Below are positions 27,320 through 39,000 of a DNA stretch of 64,000 nt, in pieces. Numbering within the stretch: the first letter of the stretch is position 1; every line of letters begins with the position of its first letter. A program made the translations under genes and the position numbers. Below the pieces are notes generated by a model that worked only from the letters and a program-made list of their open reading frames with translations, did not search any database and was not told the DNA's origin. This DNA comes from Lingula anatina. Taxonomy: Eukaryota > Animalia > Brachiopoda. The stretch covers positions 31,701,967-31,765,966 of the forward strand of contig CM120640.1 in assembly GCA_051362555.1 (NCBI GenBank), read 5' to 3'.

Positions 27320-27496
27320 CCGGCTGTGACAGGAATGGTAGTCCTAGGAATGGAAGTTAGGGGTTCTATATAATTAGTACAGGTTAGTGTTAGACGGAGT
27401 ACTGGGGTTAGTATATGCATGGGACGAATGTCACATTTGCAAAGTAATGGGGAGCGGACTACGGTTCCTAGCGGACTACCAGTCCCGTCACACGGT
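27320..27496. mobile_element. Short MITE-like inverted-repeat element just downstream of the stop codon of the SMB-like gene
   Basis: Imperfect TIR: ccggctgtgacaggaatggtagtcc versus ggactaccagtcccgtcacacgg. Confidence 0.55.
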
Positions 27497-27502
27497 TGTA
27501 TT

Positions 27503-28976
27503 TTAGATCAAGCACCCACAAGCTAAAATAAACGCTAAAATAGCGAACATCGCATGTGCCAGTGCATCACGACGCCGACCACCCCTGGCACATGAGGACG
27601 GCGCGCTATGTTTCCCGTCAGGCACCTTTATCGGCAGTTCCCGTTGTGAGCAGCGGTCCGCGTCCGAATCCAGCAAAGTGACCTGATATTCTTTGGCGTC
27701 AAAGGTGACCGTCTCTCTCCTGGCCTTCAGCATCCTAGAGAACTCTGCCCGGTAGGAAGCAAACAGCTCGGAACCTTCACGATAGCCGCTTACCATTTTG
27801 GTTAATCTGACCTGGAAGTTGAAGACGGCCACCAGTGATGGGTTTATTGCATTGCGGCTCATCTGTGTACACGTCTTCCGGTCAGTCATAAAGCGCCATG
27901 CCCCGTCGCCGATAGGACTGAAAACCTTGGTAGAGAATAGATAAGCTAAGTTCAAGTCACAAATGCCTTCAGCTACAGAAGCCTTCTGTTCGTGTTCCGA
28001 CATAAGCGCGATTTGGATGGTAAAATCAGCGTTGACCAGATATCGTATTGGAGTAAAACACTGGTCCTCTTCTTCGTTGCAAAGTGCCTGGAAAGCAAAC
28101 GTTTCACCTCTGATATACAAAATTTTCCAAAGGGTTCTTGTAACTATAATTTTTTGTTTCTTTTGGCATATTATCCCAGCACAGCTGTAAATCATTTTAT
28201 ATATAGATTTTTTTTAAAAAGTCTAGATACCATATCCAGCATGACTAATTAAGTCTCATTAAGTCTTATCAGTATATATGTATATATACACCGTCAAATC
28301 GGATGTTTTATAGTGATATTTAGCGAGCACAAAAATGTTCATAATACTGAGAAAGACACCGCCAAACGTTCACAAAATTAGCGCCAGTAATTCTTAAAAA
28401 AAAAAAAAAAAAAAAAACTCGCTAGTCTTATAATAGCGTGTGTGTCTAAGGTGTACTGCATTGGCAGAGGCGAAGTCTATCTTAAAAATGATATAAGATA
28501 GGATAAAATTGGCATTTTTTCTATTGATGTATTTTCATTAAACTACAAGGTGGGTATTGCATGATTGCAATCTGAAGACGTCTAATGATGTAAAAGAAAA
28601 TAAACCAGTTTTAAATTGTCGAAGGCATTTTTTTTCTTTAAAACTCAAATAGTAGTTTTTTTAATGTGGGTGATCCATATTGCTTGTGTACACAAATACT
28701 TTTTCTATGCTTTCCAGGAGTATGGTTCTGTCTCATCCGTAATCTGCTGGAGAAAAAAATGCAGATTGTCACAAGAACACATCTGGAATTCTCTCTCAAA
28801 AATCTTTATCCTCATGGCTTCTTCAAATTAACGGCTTACCTGGTCGCTGCTTCGTTCACATGGTTTCTTATATCGCGCCCCAGTGGTATCGATCAGGAGA
28901 GTATAACCTTGCGGATCGAAGGCTCGACTTGATGCTGGAAAGATAAAAAGATACACTGAATAATACGGGAGGTTGC

Positions 28977-29025
<49 letters not shown>

Positions 29026-31840
29026 TAATAATTGTATGCATTTCCCTATGAGCGAAGTAAGTAATTATAAAGCAAAAACTTACTAGTAGGGGGTTTTGTT
29101 TCTCTTTAGGGGTCTGCCCATAAACGGCATGACGACGTTCCAATTGTCTTCGCGCGAGCATGGTGCTCCTCTGTAATAGGGTGTCCTTAACAGCAATACA
29201 TCAAACAATAAGGATAGCCAATGTTTGTTGCAGCAAAACGGTAATTTATTTATGTGACTTGGACCAAAGCCGACACGTGATACTAGAATCAATATCCACT
29301 ATCTGCGTTATTGTTGCCAACGGCGCTCCTAGTCAAGAAATTATTATTATTTTTTATTTTTTAATTTTAATTTTTATTTTGGACCGATAAAGGTCACTTG
29401 TTCACTGAAAGGCGTTTTGTATAACTAGTCCATCGACACTCTTATTTCCGATTACATTTTTTTCTTCAGTCGACACGATATTTTTCACCTCATCACAAAG
29501 TTGATTAAAGTGGATTTTAACTAGACCCCCAATCAGCAATCAACCTCCATTTTTATACTGATCATTGTCCTCCGCATTGCTGGATTTTTTTTTCAGTCCA
29601 AAATACAATGTATTTTTAAATGATCTTGATTCCCCGCAAGATCTGTGTGGGTAGTTTTTAGCATTTATCAGTACACAAAAAAACAATCGGCAAAATTAAA
29701 GTCGGTCATAATTTTCGCAGCAAACCTTGACGTAGTATTTTCTCTTAATTTTTTTTATTCATTACATTCTGTAAATACGATATGTATAAAAACAGGTTAC
29801 CTTGATAATATCTCTTTAATCTGAAAGTGCTGATTGCCACTTCTTTCCTTGGTCATGATTACACAGTGCTTGCAAGGAGGTGCAATATGTTAGAAAGTAT
29901 TTTTTCATTCAACTGTAGACGGTATAAGTTAGGCTATGGCAAGTGAGTTTTTGAATACCATTGACATGCCCAGCTCATCGTGAAGAAATGGCGACATACC
30001 GTCCTTTAACCATCAAAGGCGTTCAACGTACAATTCTAGACAATTATTACCCTTAAAGCCTTCCAAGCCAGGATTTTTCCACCAACGCTCATATTTAATT
30101 AATTTTCCCCACCTTAATCTTTCTTTTTTGACACTCGCTATAACTCTGTACATGTAACAATTTTGAAAAAAAAAAGCCAAACACCAAAACAGGCGCTTGA
30201 AGGTACACTCCATGGGTTTGAAAATCCCAAAAAATGCTCATTTTTGCCATCTACGTCTTTTATAAAACCTTACATACACCTTAAAAATGATTAACCCCTT
30301 AATTATTTTTTCTGGATCGTACCTGATGTTTATATTTCCATTGGATCTCATAGGAAATGGTAACTGTAATAATGACTGGCCAGTCATTTTAGGCTAAAAG
30401 CAAACTTGATAAATTTTATCCAAGGTCTAATTTAAGCAAAGAGAGGGAGGAAGACAACAATCGCCTTAGAATAGAAGTTGCCCTTCCCGTTCTAATCAGA
30501 AACTCTACATCGACAAAACCAGGAACAGCACTTAAATATTATTTAAATATTGAAATGTTGAAAATACTTTTGTAGAATGTGTTTATTGACTTGATATATC
30601 CGACGTACGTTTGTACTTTACTTTTGAAAGAAAATGAAATAATATAAAACTTACCTGAAACAGTACAAGCTCTTATTTGCGTCAGAAGATTATACGGATA
30701 TCTGCAAAGCCAACAAAAGGCATTTCTGGCGTAATAGTGCAACGACCACCTCTTAACATGAGTGATGGAAATTGGTCCTGTCCAACAAAATTCCTTGAGT
30801 TTTGGTTGGGTGTTTTTGTGACACTGCAATGCAGTGATGGCTAGGCCCGATGTTGCAGCAACTGGCATGAGATCGGATGGAATACACGGTCTGCCGGGTA
30901 TGTCTACTGGAGGGCGAAAGAACAAGCTACAACCGTCGGTTGATCTTGCCTGTTCCACAATATCGTCTCCACCGATTATGTTGAAAAAAGTGTCAACGCC
31001 AAAAGATAATGATCTGTGACATGTGAAGTAAAACCCCCATTGTTGGACACCAGATATACCGTGGCACACTGCACAGTGTTCGTTACGAAATGTCAAGTTT
31101 GTTGCCAAGTCAGACACAGGGACGATGCAGTCAACTTCACTGGTATTTCGCGGAGCTTCACATTTAGTACGAACGACATCATGGGGCCATTCATCTGGGC
31201 ATGATGTCACCATCCAGAAGTGCTGGGGATTAAGACTAGGGAAATACGAGGTGGACTGCATGATGCATTCAATGTTGTTTGAGTTTAAGCGCATTTCCAC
31301 CGATAAAGAACGCTTGTTACAGTAGTCAGTGGCACAGCAGTCTTGGAACAAACCGCAAAAGTTGTCACAGAAACACCCACCTGTCTGAACTTCGGTTTTC
31401 TCTAAGCAAAATGTTCTGGGCAAGTTAAAAGGAAGTGAAGTGTCATTCCAAAGTGTCACCATGGACTCACCTGGTGGTGAGGTCATAGTGAAATTTGAGA
31501 TCGTGGAGTCGCCTTCTTCCCTTCTCGCGTCAAACGCTTCTTCCACGTCGCCGTTGTCTACACCAGAAGAGGATACGGTGAAAGTGGCTGCTGTTGAAGT
31601 AGACTGGAAGTGTAACGGCGGATTCTTTGGGACATCAGCCTGGGAAAAAACTTCCGCTTCCATTGAAAAACGGCTATCTAAACCAGAGCTAAGCGAGGTG
31701 GTATCGTAGGGGATGGTTTGGGTTACCGTTGCGCTGAACCATGTCTGTGGGCTGACTGTCTCCGCGCCTAAGACTCCTTGAAGGAATAGATGAAGCAATA
31801 AAATATGCTGCTGCTTGTTTCTCCGCATATGAGAATTCAT
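27503..31840 (-). CDS. Cys-rich somatomedin-B-like cell-surface protein, about 621 aa, with signal peptide and hydrophobic C-terminus (probable GPI anchor)
   Basis: Exons 31840-30655, 28934-28840 and 28087-27503 join in phase (1866 nt). Signal peptide HILLLHLFLQGVLG, Ser/Thr-rich stalk, CFCDNFCGLFQDCCATD, then WMVTSCP...PVSD...TFRNEHCAVCHG and ARNAFCWLC motifs; tail ALAHAMFAILAFILACGCLI. Confidence 0.8.
28977..29030. repeat. (TAA)n microsatellite
   Basis: Seen directly in the sequence. Confidence 0.9.
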
Positions 31841-31857
31841 TGCAAGAACTACCAGCT

Positions 31858-31928
31858 GCCTCTGAACTGTTTCTAAGCCTATTTCAGCACGCTATGTTTC
31901 AGCCTTTATAGAAGTCGACCGGCATACT
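31858..31928 (-). promoter_or_regulatory. Putative TATA core promoter of the SMB-like gene
   Basis: TATAAAG on the minus strand at 31910-31904, with a CAGTT initiator-like motif about 35 nt downstream and the ATG at 31840. Confidence 0.45.
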
Positions 31929-32679
31929 CTCAATAAGTCTCCCCAGGCGCTAAGAAGTTTATGGAAAAAATTGCATAATCAAAAGTATTGACAACTTTTT
32001 CTCGAACCAGACGACAAAAGTAAGACACAAGAAAGGACAGTTTATACCGTGGCACATTATGGAGTTTATAATTAAATTCCCGTTGTATTCCATTTTAAAA
32101 AGTTCTAAATATTTTAATCCCTATTTTGTGAATAGAAGGGGGTGGGCAAATAATGGACAAAAATATCAATTCCTTCCAATTTGAAACAGAATAACACAAT
32201 ATCTTAGACGGATTATCCACAATAGCTTAGACGAGTGAACCCCATGACGTCCTGGCTGGACCACGTATCTAATATTCACTTGGCTTTCACGAATTGGCTG
32301 CGAAATAATGTTGTACTTAAACCACGGTTCCTTTGAAATATATCAATGTATTTTCTTTTGGCTTGTTATATTTTACGCATCTTCTGAATACTCTCCTCCC
32401 AGTCTTTCCTGAAATATCACAAAATAGGGAAAGTAAATAAAGCACTCTGCTTAAAAAATGATCTGCAAATGCCGATCTTCAGCAAGGAAATGAGATTAAT
32501 TGAACCAGTCGTTGTTTTCACTGCATAAGGTCATCAACTAGAATTTTTACTCATGTTGTTGAAGTACATTGCCGCTGAGCTATTTCAGAGCTTATTTCAG
32601 CAAGTCATGCTTCCTCTTTATACAAGTTGACCGGCATACTGTTATAGTGAAGAATAACGACGGATTGGATCGTTTATTC

Positions 32680-32682
<3 letters not shown>

Positions 32683-32745
<63 letters not shown>
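32683..32745. repeat. (CT)n(AT)n compound microsatellite
   Basis: Seen directly in the sequence. Confidence 0.9.
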
Positions 32746-32748
<3 letters not shown>

Positions 32749-33039
32749 AATTCAATCTTCGTAGGGTCGCAATCTGTAGGGTCGCATGCCTCATGTCCAG
32801 TCCAGGTATCACGGTATAATCGCGTTGCTGTTTGTCACGCTTTTCCTCCTATCTTGCACGAATGGATGGATTGAGATTGATTTTCATTCGTTCATTTCGT
32901 TTAATAATAAAAATGGTTATGTTTTACAATCATACAAACTTATGTTGAATCAGTGTTCTATTACCATGTATTCCAGTTATCAGTATATGATTCCGGGAGA
33001 TGCTGGGCCGTAGGGATCTTTATTGTTTAGGTACGTCCA

Positions 33040-33042
33040 AAA

Positions 33043-33088
<46 letters not shown>
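33040..33088. repeat. (AAAT)n microsatellite
   Basis: Seen directly in the sequence. Confidence 0.9.
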
Positions 33089-33089
<1 letters not shown>

Positions 33090-33439
33090 CCCTGCGCCGG
33101 TATGAAACGGATTTGCTAAGGCAAGGGTGGTCGTAAATATATAAATCAGTAGGAGAGCGCACTTTTCTTTAACGCGTAAAGCCCAGGTGATTAAAAACAG
33201 GTTGTTTGTTTTGTGTCATCTGCCTCGTTCTATTGTTACTTTCACCTGGATTCTCTATTTCGGTACTTAATACGGTACTTTCAATCTACAAATAAAAATG
33301 AAAAAAATACCTATTATTTCTAAGGTGTTTTAAATGCATTATTATTATTATTATTATCTTTCTGTTTTGCATATTTTGTATTCTCTAGTTTTCTTGGACA
33401 AATTCAGTCTGAGGTGTGGTTTCGGACTCGGAATAACGT

Positions 33440-34220
33440 TGCGTGTGGCAGACTTCAAAAATGGGGGCTGTAGAATGGTGCATTTGGAATCATACATATA
33501 CGTGTACAGTATATACATGTATATTAAAGTTTTTAAATTAACTTGGATTAACAGATTACTATTGAATACTGACCAGAACGGTAGGATTTTTACCGAAATT
33601 ACAAGTTGTGATATGACTTCGCTCTGCCAGTTTGGGCCTGTATATAAGAACAATGCGGGGAAATCACGACAAATTTATTTTGGAAAGAATCATTTCATAT
33701 TACTCACAGTATGCTAGCGCAATACAAGAAAATAACCCAAGAGATTTTCTGGAAGCTCCATTGTGGCATACTCCGAGTATTTTGATCGGAAACAAGGCTG
33801 TATTCATAAAAACCATTACATGAGAACAGTTTCCGGTTGGTGCTCGACTTGCTTGATTCAAACGGCAACGTGCTTTCAGACAGAGAAATCAAGGATGCAT
33901 ACAAAATACGCCTACCATTTACGAAATATTTGACCTAAGGGATGTTACCTACAATGCATTTCCCAATTTAAAAGGAATAGTTACACAGAAAACTTTTAAC
34001 CCGAAAATACCCAAACCAATTATGATTATATGAAAAACAAAAAAAGGCTGTAAAGTGATTTGTGATACGTTTATAAAAAAACTGTACTAAACCCCTAAAA
34101 ATGAAATAAAATGGGAAAGGTTCTTAAAGAAAGCAATAACGTGGAATCTTAGCTATAATCGTCTCCTGAAAGATATGAAAGAATCCAAACTCAGATGGTT
34201 TTTGTTGATCAGTTATATAT
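33440..34220 (+). mobile_element. Degraded L1/Tx1-clade LINE ORF2 3' fragment
   Basis: Frameshifted peptides KNGGCRMVHLESYI..IKVFKLTWINRLL and FLEAPLWHTPSILIGNKAVFIK resemble the post-RT region of L1/Tx1 ORF2 (GGL.MPD...ALK..WI.RL; PLW.N..I.I..K.VF). Confidence 0.65.
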
Positions 34221-36080
34221 TATCATCGCAAACAACAACAAAACCGTGGTGATAGACCGTCAGCTTTTGATATGATCCGCACAAACTTGCAGAAATGTTT
34301 CGAGCATCACCGGTGGTTTTCTTGGGGAGGGGAGGGGGCAAGGGCAAACTTACATCTTAGAAGTACGCGAGGTTCAATTGAAGAATGCTCGCCTGCCACG
34401 CGGGCGCTCCAAATTCTGTTGAACCGACAACTTTTTCAAGCTTTTAACTGCCCATTAATAACTACAATAAACGTTTGTTGCTTGTTCCTAAAAACGCTGG
34501 TTAAAAAAAAGAAACAGATGTTTTCAGAACCTTTGCATGCTCTTTTACTTCAAGTGAAGTATAGTTGCACAGTAGGTGCCAAAAATAAAGTTTAGTTAAC
34601 TTGTGGCCCACCCTAAATGCATGGCTTAATTTTTTTTTTTTTTTTGACCCACTACTTTTAGTAGGCAAAACTTGTGACCACCTCCATTCCTTTTCCAACA
34701 CACGACCTCAATATAAGGAAGATGGTGTAGAAAAGATATAAGGAATGTACTAGTGTATAGAGGGTTAACGTTGCCTGCCCACTGGATAGGGCATGCATGT
34801 AGAACACACTGAGGTATAGTGATAGGGTGGCCCTTCTGGCTATTACAAAACGGGAACGGGTGGAACAATGATTCGTATAAGGAAAATATTCTCGAAGAAA
34901 ATTATATTTGGTAGCTTCAATTATATTTCCATTTTTTAATTAATATTATCAAATGATTAAAAATCAAAATATAAAGTAATCAAGATCACCATCTTTGAAA
35001 TCTCTGCTAAAAGCATCCCTTCCAGTCAGCTATATTACTAGAGACAATCTTATTTGCATATAAAAGAAAAAATGCATTTTTTTTTCTTTTTGGGGTTCTT
35101 TCCAAATTTTTTTATTATTCTTAAAAAGTAATATATACTGAAACACTTTTAAATGCTTTATCAAAACGTGCAGTTAATTAATTATTTACATATTTTTCTC
35201 AAATGACGACCCTGGGGTATACACATACAATTTTAGTAGTCAAAATGTCAAAATACTTGAGTAATATCTCTCATCCTGTAAAAACAACATTTAATATACT
35301 ACAAATACTACTACAAATTTAATATACTACTGCAAATTTAATATACTACAATTGTAAAATTATAGTTATACATTTTTGCAAACAAAAACAATCTTTATAG
35401 CAAAATTTTAAAATCAATACATATCAAGTTTTGTTTTAAGCTATGTTGTACAACTGTCACTTTAAAAAATAACATCTTGAATACTGTTAGTTTACTTAAG
35501 TTAAATTGAACAATAGTAGAAAAAGATACACGAAAAATTAATCTGAAGTTTGGAAAACGTAAAGGGATAATAACTGTTCGTTTTGGCCAAAAAATGAATT
35601 TTCCTGGAGTAAACAACAATTTTCTCATACTTACCAATGGTTAATGAATCCATTTCTACATTCAAAGTTTTTTCCAAAAAGTTTTTTTTTGTAATAATCC
35701 CTTAAGAAAAAGAGATTATTACAGAGTATTGCCATCTATGGAGGTCATGTGGTCCAATGACAAGCTCAGATATCAGAATAATAGCTATAAATGCCATTTT
35801 TGTGTTAAAACAGAATATATTATATTTCTATAAATTGTTTTCAATTACGAAGAGTTATTATCCCTTTAAATGTGAAAGCCTTCTTCAACATACTTCCAAA
35901 ATATCATGTTATTAGAAAATATGCATCAAGGATATAATGCAAAGATTAAGAAATTTTGATATAAATCTTTGTGCAACAAAGACCGTAATAATGGGAAAGC
36001 AACTTTTTTTACATGATAAATGTCACCAATTGCCATTAAAAAGAACAACCATTAAGTTCTTTTTATTGACCACCAGTCTT

Positions 36081-39000
36081 TTAAGCCTTCAAGAGCCTCT
36101 CCTTCACCACATTTTCCAGTTTAATTGCATCCACAGCAAAATTTCTTATTCCCTCAGCCAATTTGTCTGTTGCCACTTCATCTTCATTTAGCATCCACCT
36201 GAACGTCTTCTCATCCATGTTGATCTTTGTCAGTTCACACTGTTTTGCTAACAATTGTGGGACAAGAAAAATCTTTAAAAATTTTTTTTGAAACAAATGT
36301 AGTTTAAATAGTTGTAAAATTGGAAAGTTACACCTTAAGTCAAACCTCTGCCATTTAACATGACCAAATGCCACCATATAGTCTCAAATAGCAAGACTTA
36401 AAAATACCAAAGAGCAAATTTACTGAAAAATGATATTTGATCAATTATTTTCTGCTTTCTTTTAAACCTTTGTTATTGCTGCAAAACCTAATTTGAATAA
36501 TTTTGCTTTTGCAGGCACTGCAGTAATTGGTCACATATTACTACCCTTACGTCATTTGGTGGATATCACACACTAGAGGAATGAATAAAGAGGTTGAGTT
36601 AACAACCAAAAATTTGTAGAAAGGTACAGTTTCCAAGCTATTTTTTGGCTGACCAAAGGATTAAAATGCATTGTTGGGAATCCAGGCTCGCTTCATATGT
36701 AACTAATTTTCTTAATGTAAGCTTACACTACTTAACTGTAAGAACAGTGAGCATACCTTGTTTCTCAGAAAGGTACACAGTCACTTTCTCATTGCTGCTG
36801 GACAGCTTTTCTAAAAGTGATGGGCTACAAAACAAGAACAGAATATTTGCTATTATGTTAAATTTACCATTTTAATTCACAAAACTCCTGATAATTCTCA
36901 AGGACTAGCTCCTGTAGAGATACTACTGTGTTTATATAAAAAGTTAAAATTCCTGGTTCTTTAGGTACCTGATAGTGAGGAGGTCACATCCAGCAAGTGC
37001 TGTTATCTGTTCTGTATTTCTGAAAGAGGCTCCCATGACGACAGTCTGGTATCCAAACTTTTTGTAGTAATTGTAGATCCTGGTGACACTTTGAACACCT
37101 GTAAAATTGGCATATATGTAACACAATTTCACAAATAAAGCATTTGTGTTTTCAGACAATTAAAGTTCTTTAAGAAAGATTTGAATATGCATTGGCTTTA
37201 AATGAGACCTATATATATTAAGTATTTCACATAGAGGATGCACTTTCTGTATAATTCCCACTACTTGTTTTTTCTTTAGAAAAACAGAAGAAGCTAAATG
37301 TTTATAAACTGCTCCCAGCTGAGATTATTAACTTTACCAATTGCCATTTTTATTACAATGATTTAATTCTTATCATCATAACAAAACCAACCTGGATCTT
37401 CCAATGGCTGAAACTTCTTTCTGTCTGTGTTTTCTACATACCAGTCAAAGATTCTGCCCACGTAAGGTGAAATGAGTGTCACGCCAGCCTCTGCACATGC
37501 AACAGCCTGCAAAAGATATTTCTGCAATTTCAGAGGTAGAAATTCCTAAAATACAGTTTAAATTGCAAAACAAATTGGTCAATTGCTTCATATCCTAGAC
37601 ATCATATGCAGTGCAATTCAAAGATGTAATTGAATATGGAGGTTTTAAACAAAATCAACCATTAATAAAATGATAGAGTACACGTGCCCATGAAAAATTG
37701 AAGTATGTAGTACCTGTGCAAATGAAAACAACAGAGTCAAGTTGCAGTGAATTCCATATTCCTGTTCAAGGGTTCTGAGACATGACATGAAATAAAAAGA
37801 AGGAATTTTATTTAAACATTCTAGTCATCATCTATGAATAAGCATGGTATTTAATAATCTTCATATATATTGCAGGTCAGGGCATACCTATTCAAAAACA
37901 GTTGTGAACTTGTTTTAACAAGATATTTCAAAACAGTTCCTTTTCCATGAGAACAGTCCATCAGTCATCCCTACACTGCTCTGAATACAAGTAAATGTAA
38001 TTTGTATAACACTTTTTAGGTTTGTTTAAATTTGTTCTTAATTTAAATAGAGAGTTTCTGTGGATGATCTCATATTCTTATATTTTTAATACAACTTACC
38101 CAGTTTGAATGTTTAAAATGTTACAAATAAATGTCACAACTATGCTTGTATATTAAATTATTTTCCTTAATTTGGCATAAAAATGGTCCCATTCACTTTC
38201 AATTAAAAGTGCACAAAAAAAAAGCACTATATAATAAAGTAAAGAACTGAAATCACCTGGCTGCCTCAATACCCTCCCAGGTGGTTGGAAGTTTGATAAG
38301 AATCCTTTCCTTGTCAATCCCTTTCTCTTTGTATAAGTCAATGATTCTTCTCGCTTTTGAGATGGAAGCTTCCTTGTCAAAAGACAATCTGAAATATTTT
38401 TGTATAACAAATACAGCTTACGTGACTAATATGCCATAACTGTGATCCTCCATGAGCCTGTATTTATAAGCATGATGGGCAAATGGCAATGTTTAAAGAT
38501 TGTTATTGAAAAAGTTATGCAAAAGCAATCCTTTACTGAAGTCATGGCAAACATGTCAAAACAGGACAGTGGATAATGGTCAAATATCAAAATAGATTCC
38601 AAACACTAAGAGAGCAGTCTCTTTATGTATTATATTTGAAACAGGTAAATCACCATGGCATACCTTGCATCAATTTCTGTGGAAACTCTTCCAGGAATTA
38701 TCTTCAGGATTTCTGATCCAAAATTAACAAACAATCTGTCCATGGTCCAGTCCAACTGATCATCAAAAGAGCTACCGGTAAAATAAATTGTAATTTCATC
38801 ACTGCCCAGTATTTTAAGAGTTATCAACTGTATTCAACAAAAGAAGCAAAATATTATGTTGTTTTCTATAACACATTTGAGCACCATTTACGGTGAATTT
38901 TTGGCGTTATCATGTCTTTTCCTTGTGAAATCCGTCTCAGTATTATCTATTCAGATTGGAAAAAACTGACATACCCCTCCTTTGCTTTTGCATACTGAAC

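Noticed and set aside
30322-30363. Possible extra exon (VTISYEIQWKYKHQ) in the SMB-like gene
   Set aside because: It would end in phase 0 and break the frame of exon 28934-28840, which already joins exon 1 in phase. It could only work as an alternative to that exon, and there is no support for that.
35285-35352. Short tandem repeat tttaatatactac... as a CRISPR-like array
   Set aside because: Eukaryotic minisatellite with no unique spacers and no cas genes.
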